Shown: positions 34,742 to 47,494 of the stretch, piece after piece
How the letters are laid out: each line of letters starts with the position of its first letter
Position numbering within the stretch: position 1 is the first letter of the stretch
Origin: Azolla caroliniana
Taxonomy: Eukaryota; Plantae; Polypodiophyta
Length of the DNA: 64,000 bases
Direction of reading: 5' to 3'
Assembly: GCA_043228905.1 (NCBI GenBank)
Contig: JBHGNT010000017.1
Location: forward strand, 8,184,001 to 8,248,000
Notes under the pieces: generated by a model
Databases searched by the model: none
What the model was told of the DNA's origin: nothing
Seen by the model: only the letters and a program-made list of their open reading frames with translations
Program-made: the position numbers and the translations under genes

Positions 34742-37700
34742 AACCGTCCACAAGCGGAATTGGTGCACCGGAGCGTAGGAACCGGCTCTTCATGCACGTA
34801 CGGCTTATGTTGTACATAGAAGATCCTAGGTAGGTAGATTCGGTAGGTAGGAAGTTAATGGGAAACGGCTCCTTCCTTGCCTATAAAAGGAGGGAGACGA
34901 GGAAGGGGGAACGGATCGCGGAATCAGAGAGGACGAAGTGCTGTCGGGTTGTCGGTCGAAGGCTTCTCTCTTTTCAATACTCCGTAGCTTCTTTCTGTGC
35001 AGGATTTCAGGAGGCTCGCGCTGCTCTGAGGAATGCCCGAGTGCTTCCGGCAGCACCTCCAACCTACTTCTTTCCTTTTGAGCGTTTACGAACAGGCATC
35101 GGCATCTGTTCGCCGGCCTGTTTGGTTGTAACTGACTTCGTGCTTCTTGTTGTTTGTCTCTGTTAATATATACATACATACTTTTGTGCCTCTCTGTGTT
35201 GGTTTCCTCGCTCGCGTCTTCGTGTCGAAGGGCCGTGTCCTTGTGGATCTACGCTCGCACGTAGTGGGTCCCTTCCCTTCTCCTTTCTCTCTTGCTCTTC
35301 GGTACAAGACCCCCGAGGTCCCGCCTCATTCCACGCATCCGCGAGGAATACCTCGACATCTTGGTGAACCCGACGTGAAAGAGGCGGCAGAAGAGCAGAA
35401 GATGAAGGGGTCGGATCTTGCGGAGGCCATGGCTTCGGCCATGGATCGGATATTGAGCGCGCGCGAGGGCACCGGCGCCCTCGACAGAGCCATTGAGGTG
35501 GTCGTCGGTACGATCGGCCGATTCAGCGGAAAGGATGCTACGAAGTATTTGGCGTCCTACGGGGCAGAAATGTTGATGCGGGACATTCCGGAAGAGAGGC
35601 GTCTTGCCGGGTTCCCTCGAGTGGCGATGCCGAGCATCCATGCGGAGGTGCTCGAGGTACGGGCAGAGAGCTGTACCTGGGAGGAATTCGAAGGCCGACT
35701 CCTAGAAAAATACGGGCTGGACGACGCGCTCCGGCTTTCGAAACGGGACTTCATGGAATGGGTGGAGTCCCCCGGCAAGGGAAGAAACGTGTCGGCACTC
35801 CTCCGGGAGTTTGAGGAACGCTTTGCGCGCCTTTCGGCGCTTGACCGAACCGTTTTGGATACGAGCCGGGTCCTACTGTTCGTCAAGTTGGTGGACGAGC
35901 GGGATCGGGATCAAGTCGGCTCCTTGCTAGAAACCGAAGACGGGCTGACGACCGACTGGGCTGCGGTTAAGAGAGTCTGTGGCCGTTTCGACAAACGGCG
36001 AGAATGGGCTGACAACGGGGCGACCGAAGCGGGCTCTGTCACAGCAAGGAGGCTTGAACCGACACCACAAGGGCGAAGGGCAGAGACCCGGGAGTGGCTC
36101 GAAACCGGTTCGGCTTCGACCAGCATGGTCAATGACTCGTCCGGAGGAGCAGTGCTGGAGGAGTTGACGCGGGCGATAAAGGATCTCTAGATCGCCCAGA
36201 CTCGAAGGGAAGGCGGCGAACCGGCTCATGACCGACGACCGGCAGTAGGGAACAGGTGCATGTGGTGCGACGAGGTCGGCCACATTCGGAAGGACTGCGG
36301 CGATTTCGCAGAGGCGTTGAGGAACCGGGTGGTGTACCTGTGGGAAGGCCGGGTGCATGCCGGCGATACCAGAAGGGCCCTAAACCGAAACGACGGGCGA
36401 GGAGGTATGAAGAGACTGATGGAAGAGGTAGTGGCCCGACACGTGGAGGCCATCCACTACTCGGCGTCGGCCGGTATTCGGGTCGGGGACAGCGAGGCCC
36501 GAAAGGAGAGCAAAGACGGATTCTGATCGGCAATGCTGGAAGGCCTCGCCGGCGCACGACTGAGGGAAGATGAAGCGGACCGCGCTGAGAGACGGGTCTG
36601 GGAAATAACCGGGTGGAGCGACCTGGTCGAGGAGAAGACGGGCTTCGTAGAAGCCGCCTGCCAGAACTACGAGGCTCTGGTGGAAGACAAACGAGTGGGG
36701 AAAGCCGGAGCGGCCGGGCCCTCACAACGATACGAGACCCGATTCGGGCAACGACGGAACGATGTCGGTGGGTCCAGCGCGCAAGATAACCCCAGGAAGG
36801 GCGGATACCGACTGGGGACGGAAATAGAAAAGACCACGAACCTACGAAAGGTCCTAGAAGAGCGGATCCTCGACAGCAAAGTGGAGCTGTCATTGCGGGA
36901 GGTGCTAGGGATTGCTAAGAAGGAGTTCCACGACTCCATTGTGGACTTGGTGAAGCGGAAGAGGCTGTCGACGGAGACAGAACCGGAGAGACCGGTGGAG
37001 GTGCGGGTGACGCACATCGACGACTTGGCGCTGGAAGATGAGTGGGCGGAGAGCCACTATTCGAGGCCACACTGGGCCCGAGCGACCACGGAGACCCCGG
37101 TAAAGATCGGAGATGTTCAGGAACCGGTGGTGGCATTGGTGGACCACGGTTCGGAAATAAACCTGATGTCCATGGACTTCTATAAGAAGGGAAAGTGGCA
37201 GATCAACACCAAGCACGGGTGGAAGATACGGGCGGCGACGCGCGCCACCGAGGAACTGCATGGGGCCTGCCCGAACGTGCGAGTCAAGATCGGCGACGTC
37301 GAGATTGACCAGCACTTCTTCGTACAGGAGACGTCCTCGCACCCGGTTATATTAGGGGAACCATACATCACGGCGGCGCGGATGGAGACCAAGGTGCTGG
37401 ACAACGGTTCGGCCTACGCGAGGGTCAAAAGCCAGGACGGGCGCCATTCGGTCCAATTTCTGACGGTGCGACCGAACCACGAGCGAAACCGCGAATCCCT
37501 CGGTGGCGAGAACCGGGAGGATTTTTAGAGAGGGCTGCCAAGGCGTGGGGCCGAGACAGTCCGGACACTCGGGAAAGACCCCACAGCTGTACGATAGGTA
37601 AAAAATTTTGCTTCTCCAACAACGGAGGGTGTATGACAGTCGGCATCATTGGCCAAGAAAAGGCAAGGGCGGAAGTGCGACTTTGAGCGTGCGGAGTTCT

Positions 37701-40700
37701 CGGCCCGGACGAGGAAATCAGCGGAGCCGTGGAGGCGGTCTCCTTCCACGACACCTTGGGAATGCTGAAGAAGGTAGCCGGAGAAGACCTTAACGAAGAC
37801 CGGACGATACCAGTATGTTCCGAAGAGATGTACGAAGTCATCGCGAACTTCAGTCAGGGGCTCGGGTCGGATCGGACGGCCCGAGTTAGCACGAAGTACA
37901 AGACTGTGGACCGGAAGGTAAGGCCAGTCGCGGCACCCTTACCGGAGGGCAGCGAATCCCGAATCAGAGGAGTTGCGTCGGACCCCAGTTTACGAGATCC
38001 GGTCTGCATAGGACACACCTTCACCGACGGGACGCTCCGGGAGCTCAAAATCGGTGGGGGCGGGTTCCTACTGCCGGCGGAAGAAGACCGGTTTCGGAGA
38101 ATGCTCGGAAGGCACGGGAAAGCCTTCACATTCTCACCGGGAGAGATCGGGTGCGTAGACCCGACAATCGTGGAGCCGATGGTGATATTCACGGTACCGC
38201 ATGTGCCGTGGAATCTCAAGCCGATTCCAGTACCGAGAGCTCACATCCCGAAGTTGATGGAGCTATTGAGGCAGAAAGTCGACATGGGCATTCTCGAACC
38301 GTCAAGTGCCCCATACTCGAACCGATGGTTTACTGTACCAAAGAAAAACGGAACATTGCGCTTCATTCAAGACCTGCAGCCGGTCAACAGAGTTCCCATT
38401 CGGAACGCAGGAATCGGACCGACCATAGACGAGTTTGTGGAGGCCTTCGCCGGAAGGTCGATTTATTCGGTCGGTGATCTGTACTCGGGGTACGACCAGT
38501 TCTAGCTAGCCGTGGAGAGCAGAGACATTACGACGATGCGAACTCCCCTCGGCCTAGTGCGAATGTGTACCCTGCCACAAGGAGGGACCAACTCGGTGGC
38601 CCACATGGTAAATGCAATGAACAAGGTACTGAGGGATTGCATCCCAGACGTCACCATGCCATTTCTAGACGACATCCCGATAAAGGGGTGCCCGGTGGAA
38701 GAGAAGGACGAGACACTCGGGCCGGACGGATGCCGGCGATTCGTGGCAACACACATCGACGACTGTGAGAGGGTGCTACGAAGGCTAGAGGGTGCGAGGC
38801 TCACCTTCTCCGGGGAGAAATCGGCCTTCGGGCAATCAGAAATCCTGGTGGTCGAACACCTATGTGGACCATATGGCCGGAAGCCGTCTCCGGCAAAGGT
38901 AGAAGCCATCTCTGCGATGAAGACCGACTGTAGCTCGGTTACGGAAGTTCGGAGGTTCCTGGGGGCATGCGCATTCTACCACATATGGATCCCGCATTAC
39001 GCCCACGTTGCGGAACCGCTATACGGGTTGCTGAAGAAGGGACGAAAATTCGAGTGGCGGGACGAGCACACGGAGTCGGTCCGGAAGCTGAAGGAAGCTC
39101 TTGCGGCAGCACCGGCGCTCCGGAAGGCTGTCTACGAGAAGGGTACCCCGGTATACATAACGGTGGATACGAGTCCGACCGGGATCGGATGGGTCGTCAA
39201 CCAAGAAGACGAGGACGACATTCGGGTCCCGATCCGATTCGGCGCAAAGGTCCTCAGTGAGCGATAGCGAGGGTACTCCCAGGTTAAACGCGAACTTTGG
39301 GGTATCGTTTCGGCAGTAAAGGCCGACAAAGACTACCTGATCGGGACAGAAGTGATTATCGAGACGGATTGCCTGCCAATTCTCGGCATGGTCTCCGGAT
39401 GTGCGACACTGGACCTGACGATGCTCAGGTGGATAGCGTACATCAAGTCCCTGAACCCGGAAATACAACACATTTCCGGAAAAGACAACGCCATGGCCGA
39501 CATGCTTTCGAGGGCGAGGTTTGATGACGAGGGCGGCATGGTTTCGGAGGACGAAGAAGTCGGCGTGGACTTCTTCGAGGCGGCGTACGTGACGACCGAT
39601 GGGGCGAGCACTCCGGCACTTAACGGCTTCAACGAGAGCAAGTACGACGGCGAGTGGCTACGGATCGGTGGGTTTTTGAGGACAATGACGCCGGATGCGT
39701 CATGGATGAGGGACGAGGCCAACCGGATCCGGAAGAAAGCATACCGATTCTTTCTCCGGGACGGATACTTATGGAAGCACCCGAAGAAGAGGAGCGGCGT
39801 CCCGCTCCGGGTGGTGGCGACGAAGGAAGAACATGAGGAGCTGCTGACAGCCTACCATGACAACCCTTGGGTTGGACACCGTGGAACATGGGCCACGTTC
39901 GAGAAGATGAAAGGGAAGTACTGGTGGCCGGGACTGTACCGGGACGTGCATCGGTTCGTGACAACTTGCGAGAGCTGTCAGATGCACTCCATCGTCCAAC
40001 ATCGGGACGAGCTTCACCCTACGTACCCTCCAACCATCCACTTCAAATGGATGGTAGATCTGGTGACGATGCCGATGGGAGTAGGACAGATGCGGTATCT
40101 GGTCCTGGCTCGGGAAGATCTGACGAACCAGGTGGAAGGCCGAGCCCTTCAGAACAAAACGACCGCGGCCGTATGTCGGTTCCTGATCGAGGACGTGATA
40201 TGTCGGTACGGGTGCGTCGGGAAGATCGTGGCTGATCGCGGGGAGTTGGACGCCGAAGAGACTGAGGAGCTGTTCGACCGGCTAGGAGTCAAGCTCTCGC
40301 TTACCACTGCGTACAATCCGGAGGCGAACGGGAAGGTGGAGTGCGGACACGGACCGATCGTCAAGGCGTTAGTTCGGGCATGCGAAGGTCAAGTCGGGAA
40401 CTGGCCGCGACTGTTGCCTTACGCGTTGTGGGCGGACCGAACTACGCACAGTTCGGTAACCGGATTCATGCCGGCAGAGCTCATGTTTGGGCAGAAGCCG
40501 ATCATGCCGATGGAACGTACGATCTCCTCATGGGCAACCGTGGACTGGAAAGATGAGATGAGCCGGGAGGAACTGTTGGCGGCGCGCATACGACAGCTCG
40601 AGCGAAGACCGGAGGACGTGGAGCAGGCTGCGGGAAAGCTTCGGGTGGCAAGGACGAGAAACAAAGCCCAGTTCGACCGGACGCACCGGCTCCGACCAAA

Positions 40701-41694
40701 GAAGATCGAGGAAGGCGACTGGGTGCTAGTCTACGACAACAGCCTCGACAACCAGCACCGAGCGACATGGAAGTTCGCAAGAAGGTGGTTCGAGCCTTAC
40801 GTGGTCCAAAGTGCCAACGACAACGGGACGTACCATATGGCGGAACTCGACGGCACGAGAATGCCGATACCGGTAGCTGGGAAGCGGATCAAAGCGTTCA
40901 AGAAGCGTCACGGCGACGAGCCGGATCCGGTTAACCTGGACCGCGACGACGAACGATCCGAAACCGAGGAAGAACCGACGGGCGGGGAATGAAGGCTGGA
41001 CCGGTTTTCTCCGTCCCAACTCAATTTGGCGCATGCCAGTGGATGCTCGGTTAGGTGGGGGCGGATGTCGTGAAGAAAACCGTCCACAAGCGGAATTGGT
41101 GCACCGGAGCGTAGGAACCGGCTCTTCATGCACGTACGGCTTATGTTGTACATAGAAGATCCTAGGTAGGTAGATTCGGTAGGTAGGAAGTTAATGGGAA
41201 ACGGCTCCTTCCTTGCCTATAAAAGGAGGGAGACGAGGAGGGGGGAACGGATCACGGAATCAGAGAGGACAAAGTGTTGTCGGGTTGTCGGTCGAATGCT
41301 TCTCTCTCTTCAATACTCCGTAGCTTCTTTCTGTTCAGGGTTTCGGGAGGCTCGCGCTGCTCTGAGGAATGCCCGAGTGCTTCCGGCAGCACCTCCAACC
41401 TACTGCTTTCCTTTTGAGCGTTTACGAACAGGCATTGGCATCTGTTCGCCGGCCTGTTCAGTTGTAACCGACTTCGTGCTTCTTGTTGTTTGTCTCTGTT
41501 AATATATACATACATACTTTCGTGCCTCTCTGTGTTGGTTTCCCCGCTCGCGTCTTCGTGTCGAAGGGCCGTGTCCCTGTGGATCTACGCTCGCACGTAG
41601 TGGGTCCCTTCCCTTCTCCTTTCTCTCTTGCTCTTCGGTACAAGACCCCCGAGGTCCCGCCTCATTCCACGCATCCGCGAGGAATACCTCGACA
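34742..41694 (+). mobile_element. Ty3/gypsy retrotransposon, tRNA-Trp-primed lineage (5' LTR 34742-35358, 5'-clipped; 3' LTR 41066-41694)
   Basis: LTR pair. PBS TGGTGAACCCGACGTGAA at 35362. Order gag-PR-RT-RH-INT. Purine-rich tract before 41066. Confidence 0.95.
35402..40992 (+). pseudogene. gag-protease (35402-37528) and -1-frame RT-RNase H-integrase (to 40992), with five nonsense mutations
   Basis: CMWCDEVGHIRKDC, LVDHGSEIN, LPQGGTNS, FLDD, VDTSPTG, H..H..CESC, WMVDLV, ADRGE, NGKVE. Confidence 0.92.
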
Positions 41695-41797
41695 ACGTCT
41701 CCTATGCCGACAATTCGGCACGCGCCGTCATTCCCCATCCGAACACAACCGTGATCTCCGGCTCTATAGGATGAGAAGCACTTCCGATCGGGGGTCA
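41695..41797 (-). mobile_element. Short copia protease fragment (target of the 34742 element)
   Basis: Encodes TPDRKCFSSYRAGDHGCVRMGNDGACRIVGIGDV, nearly identical to 43630-43732. Confidence 0.85.
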
Positions 41798-42017
41798 ATG
41801 TCATGAACACATGACCATTATGGCGTCACCCGAACTTGAACCTCGAACCTTGTAATCCATAATTGAAAACCTGAACCATTAAGATAGCTTATTGTCATCT
41901 GAGAGGATAATATATAAAAGCTACTTTTTGTATTACATTGATTATTGTAAAAACTCTAGAACATTCTAGGTCTAGAACAATCTAGAACATTATAGAAATC
42001 TCTAAGTTATTCTATAG

Positions 42018-45000
42018 TGTTGGGAGACAGGTCCCTCAGGATGGGAAGGGAGAAGAACAGTGCCGATGAACAAACTCGGCCGAGGCCGAAACCGGATGAC
42101 GAGTACCTGACTACGGAGAGCCGGATGGTGCAGACCCGGTGAAGACTGGATGAGGAGTACCCGGCTACGGAGAGCCGGATGGTGCAAACCCGGTGAGAAC
42201 CGGATGAGGAGTACCCGGCTACGGAGAGCCGGATGGTGCAAACCCGGTGAGAAATGCTATATTTGTAAATATGTTTCTGAGAGTCCATCATGGCTATATT
42301 TGTAAATAGCTGAAAAGACATATTAGTATAAATATGACTTAGGGCAAACTTTTAGTTGGTGTTGTCATTTTCTTGTTGGTGTAAGAAGAGAGAGAGCGTG
42401 TAACTGTGTACAGAGAGAGAGAGAGAGAACGAGGTCGTTGCCTCCGTGAACTCACTGTTGTACATTCTAACATAGTGATAGTTTGCAGCCTGTGGGCTGC
42501 CGTGGTTTTTCCCTTAGTTTGGGTTTTCCACGTAAACATCTTGTGTACTTTTCTCTCCTTTGTGTTGTGTCTTCACCTTTCCCGTTTTCTGCGTATGATT
42601 CTAAGCTCGGTTGTGGCTGAGTGTTGCGCATAACGAGCGTTTAGTTCTCGTCAAGTGGTATCATAGCAAAACGACACAGAAAATGGACGATTCGTTGGGA
42701 GGCATGTTCAAGCTCACCGGCTCCAACTATTTAGTGTGGAAGTCGAAGATGAGGGACATGCTCGTGGTTAAAGACCTCTGGCTGCCAGTTCAGTTCGAGG
42801 ACAAGAGACCGGACAAAATAGACGCCGCGATATGGGAGGTAATGCACATGAAGACAACGGCGTACATACGGTGCTTCATCGACATGAGCCTATACAACAA
42901 CTTCAATGAAGAGAGCAAGGCTCATGAGCTCTGGGAGAAGATCAGCATAATGTTTCAAAACAAAAATGTTGTTAATCAGGTTTCGGTATTTCGGAAGCTA
43001 GTAAGACTCCGGTACCAAGACGGCTCCAGCATGGCAGAGCACATGAATGCCTTCCACGGGCTGATACACCAGGCAACGTCATTGGAAGTACCTTTCGCCG
43101 ACGAGGTACTAGCACTACTCCTGCTCGGTTCCCTCCCGAATAGCTGGGAGACGTTGGTTGTCACTTTGGGCAACGCCGGGCCGGAAGGAAAGCGGTTATC
43201 CCTAGCAAGAGTAAAGTCGAGCTTGCTAGATGAGAAAGCGCGTCGGAAAGATAAAGATACGAGCTCCGACTCCAAAGCGCTCCTTACCGAATCGGAACGC
43301 GGAAGACAAAGAAACCGTAGTCCCCAGAACCGGGAAAAGTCGGGGACACGGTCAAAGTCAAGGGGGAGACCTACTTGCTTCTATTGCGGAAAGCCGGGAC
43401 ACTTCCAGAAGAACTGTCGACATTTCTGAAAGGACAAGGAAACCGACGGTACCGATTCGAAGCGGATACCAGACCGGAACGGTAAAGACCGGAGGGGAAC
43501 GGACCGGAAGGGGACGACGGCAATCGCGGCAAGTGAAGAAGAGTTGATGCTCATCACCGAGGAGAGTGAGATAAACCTTGCCGGCGACGAGATGACCTGG
43601 GTGGTAGACTCCGAAGCGTCGTTCCACCTTACCCCGGACCGGAAATGCTTCTCATCCTACTCAACCGGTGATCACGGCTGTGTCCGGATGGGGAATGAAG
43701 GTACATGCCGAATTGTCGGCATAGGAGACGTGTGGTTGTCAACACCAACCGGATGCAAGTTGTTGCTGAAGGATGTTCGACACGTTCCGGAGGTTCGACT
43801 AAACCTGATATTAGCCGGTTGGCTAGATGATGAAGGCCTCACGGGTAGCATCCAGAACGGTGTCATGAAGTTCAGCAAAGGGAGCCTGATTGTGGCTCGG
43901 GCCCGGAAGGTAAACACGTTGTACCTCATGAATGCCTGGTTATGTCCGGAGGAAGTGAACGTGGCATCCAACACTGCCGGTGAGTTGTGGCACAAAAGGT
44001 TGTGTCACATGAGTGAGAAGGGGATGAAGAGGCTTGCAGACGACAACCTCATTCCAGTGAAGAACGTGCACTTGGAGAAGTGCACTGATTGTCTAGCCGG
44101 TAAGCAAAACCGGACCTCCTTCCGATCAAGGCCACCGATGAGACGTAATGCGCCACTGGAGTTGGTGCATACTGATGTGTGTCAAGTGGACACGAAGTCA
44201 CATGCAGGATCACAGTACTTCGTGATGTTCATAGATGACCACAGCCGGAAGCTGTGGGCCACACCGTTGAAGACGAAGGATCAAGTGTTATCCATCTTCA
44301 AAGAGCTCCACGCGAGAGTGGAAAGAGAAACCGGCCGGAAGCTAAAGGTGGTTCGAGCAGATAACGGAGGAGAATACTGGGGGCAGTTCGAGGAGTACTG
44401 CCGCTCGAAGGGAATCCGGCTTGAATTTACCGTGCCGAAGATGCCGGAACTAAACGGACTGGCCGAGAGGATGAACCGGACCATAATGGAGAGGGTCCGG
44501 AGTATGCTAGCGCATGCAAAACTACCCAAGAAGTTTTGGGCTGAGGCATTGTCGACGACGACATATGTGATAAATAGATCACCCTCAGTACCCTTGGATG
44601 GAGACACGCCACAGAGAGTATGGACCGGTAAGGAAGTATCCTACTAGCATCTGAAGGTGTTCAGGTGTCTCGCGTACGTGCATGTAGCTAAGGACCGGAG
44701 AGGAAAGTTATATCCAAAGACCCGGCCATGCATTTTCCTCGGTTACGGTGACGATGAGTTCGGCTACCGAGTGTGGGACCTGGTCGACAAGAAGGTATTC
44801 CGGAGTCGAGATATTATCTTCATGGAGGACAAGACGCTTGCTGACTGGGAGTCGGAGAAGAAGATAATGAACTCCGAGTCGACCGGTAAGGATAGACTCT
44901 ACAATGAACAGACCCAACCGGCAAGAGACCGGTTAGCACTCGAGGAGCCAGCCGGTTACGGTGAGGATATCGAACCGGCAGAAGAAGAAGTAGAGGAAGC

Positions 45001-46243
45001 CGAAACTGGAACCAGCCATGACCCCGAATGGGATTTGGATGAAGAGCAAATAGAGGAGCCGGTTACCGAAGCCCAGAGACGGAGATACCCTCTCAGAGAG
45101 AGAAGGGCCCCCCGGAGATTTCCGGATGTAGAGCATGTGCTGTTAACCGATGAGGGGGAGCCAGAAAGCTTTGAAGAAGGAAAGGATGACACCCACAACC
45201 GAAAATGGTTAAGTGCCATGCAGGACGAGATGGATTCCCCGCATGAGAACCATACGTACGAATTGGTGGAGTTGTCGAAAGGAAAGCGGGCACTTCGAAA
45301 TAAGTGGGTCTACAAGTTGAAACCGGGAGATGCTGGCAACCCCCCGAGATACAAAGCCAGGATCGTGGTGAAGGGGTTCCAACAGAAGAAGGGCGTGGAC
45401 TTCGATGAGATATTTGCCCCGGTAGTAAAGATGACCTCCATCCGGAGGGTGCTGAGTATAGTGATAAGCATGGACCTCGAGGTAGAGCAGCTCGACGTGA
45501 AGACAACATTCCTTCACGACGACCTTGAACAGGAGATCTACATGCAACAACCAGAAGGATTCGTGGAGAAAGGGAAGGAGCACCTGGTATGCCGGTTGAA
45601 GAAGAGCCTGTACGGACTGAAGCAGGCTCCCTGACAATGGTACCGGAAGTTCGACTCCTTCATGGCCGATCAAGGGTACCACAAGACGCAGGCCGATCAC
45701 TGTGTGTTTGTGAAGAAGTTTGAAGGAGGCGACTTCCTGATACTCCTTCTGTACATGGATGACATGTTGATCGTCGGACGGGACCAAGTCAAAATACAGA
45801 TGCTGAAGAAGGCCCTCAACCGGACCTTCTCAATGAAGGACTTGGGTCCGGCAAGACAGATGCTGGGGATGCATATTATTCGGAACCGGTCAATGAAGCA
45901 ATTGTGGTTGTCATAGGAGAAGTACGTGACAAAGGTGCTTCAGCGGTTCAACATGTCAGATGCGAAACTGGTCGGATTGACACTTCCGGCAAACTACAGG
46001 CTATCCGGTAAGCAAAGCCCGAAGACGAAAGCAGAGAAGCACGAGGTCGTTGCCTCCGTGAACTCACTGTTGTACATTCTAACATAGTGATAGTTTGCAG
46101 TTTGTGGGTTGCCGTGGTTTTTCCCTTAGTTTGGGTTTTCTACGTAAACATCCTGTGTACTTTTCTCTCCTTTGTGTTGTGTCTTCACCTTTCCCGTTTT
46201 CTGTGTATGAGTGTTGCGCATAACGAGCGTTTAGTTCTCGTCA
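42018..46243 (+). mobile_element. Ty1/copia inserted in the chromovirus LTR; 5' LTR 42018-42653, 3' region deleted, residual 3' LTR 46041-46243
   Basis: Perfect TSD TATAG (42013-42017 / 46244-46248). PBS TGGTATCATAGC 42656. gag-PR-INT-RT with several stops. Three ~54-bp tandem units in the LTR (42092-42255). Confidence 0.95.
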
Positions 46244-47463
46244 TATAGGAACCTATAAATAATGGGATACATGTATTTTCAAATCAATTTGAATCAACAC
46301 CAGTCTTTAGCTCTCATTACATATCTTCTATCCATTCTCTTTCTTTCTCTATCTTAATACACCCATTCTTCTCTTAGCATTTCATTCCTTTCTTCTCATG
46401 TTCTCTTATATCCTTCTTCCATCACTCTATCTTTTATTCTTGGTTCTGACAGTTTGATTCGAATTCTCTCTCTCTCTCTCTCTCTCTCATCCTCCTCTAT
46501 AACCATCACGAAACCATGGCCGCCATTAACTCAGAAGAATATCTCACCCTTGTTCCAGAAATGGAGAACCTTAAATCCAAGTTCGCATCTCTTGAAGTAG
46601 AGAATCAACGTCTACTTGGGGGTTACTATAGAGAAGCAACAACAACAAGAGGAGTTCACGCGATGGGTTCAACAGTTAGAGTCGACAATCGTAGTGTTAC
46701 AACAACAAAGGGTCGAAAGTCCAAAATTAGCCTCCCAGCTAAATTTGATGGTTCGAGGGCGCATTTCCGAGGTTTCTTGAATCAAGAATGGTTGCTGATT
46801 CAAATGTATCCCACACATTATTTGATAGATGCATCACGATAGTCGGGTTAGTGGGCACCTTATGGACTGCCATAGCGTTGTCGTGGTTTGCTCCATTGCT
46901 AGCGACAAATTCTCCTCTACTGAATAATTTTGAGGAATTTATCAAAGAATTTAAGGCTTGTTTCGGAGATACTAGTGGGGTGAGAACAACTATCAACAAG
47001 ATTCGTACACTACGTCAAGGTGATCAGCCAGCTTCGACATATGCAACCAATTTTCATCTCATCGCAAGCGATATTCCTTGGGATGAACAAGCCCTAATGG
47101 AGCAATTATGTTCAGGCCTTCGTAGTGATGTCAAAGACTTACTTCTTACCTTCTCCGAGGATCCAAGGTCACTTACAGAAGCTATTAGTTGAGCAATACA
47201 GTGTGATAATCGCCTTTTTCAGCGTCGATGTAAGCTGTTGTACGTTTTAGGGTTAGGGTTAATGGTAATGATGATTATCGATGACGAAGATAGAAATGGC
47301 GGAATAGTGAAGATGGTGGAGAGTATGATGGTGAGAGAGATTGAGATGAAGATGTTGAGAATCATTGAGAAGCATTGCGGGGTGGGGGGTGGTGCCTAGA
47401 ATGGCTCCACCCCCTCCCAAGGGGGTTCATCGTTAAGGGGAGAGAGAGGAAAAGAGATGACAA

Positions 47464-47494
<31 letters not shown>

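Noticed and set aside
42092-42255. CRISPR-like repeats (also 9750-9840)
   Set aside because: Contiguous tandem units without unique spacers, inside LTRs in eukaryotic DNA.
47245-47261. TTTAGGGTTAGGGTT as telomeric repeat (also 61866)
   Set aside because: Only two units and part of the LTR sequence; at most a telo-box.
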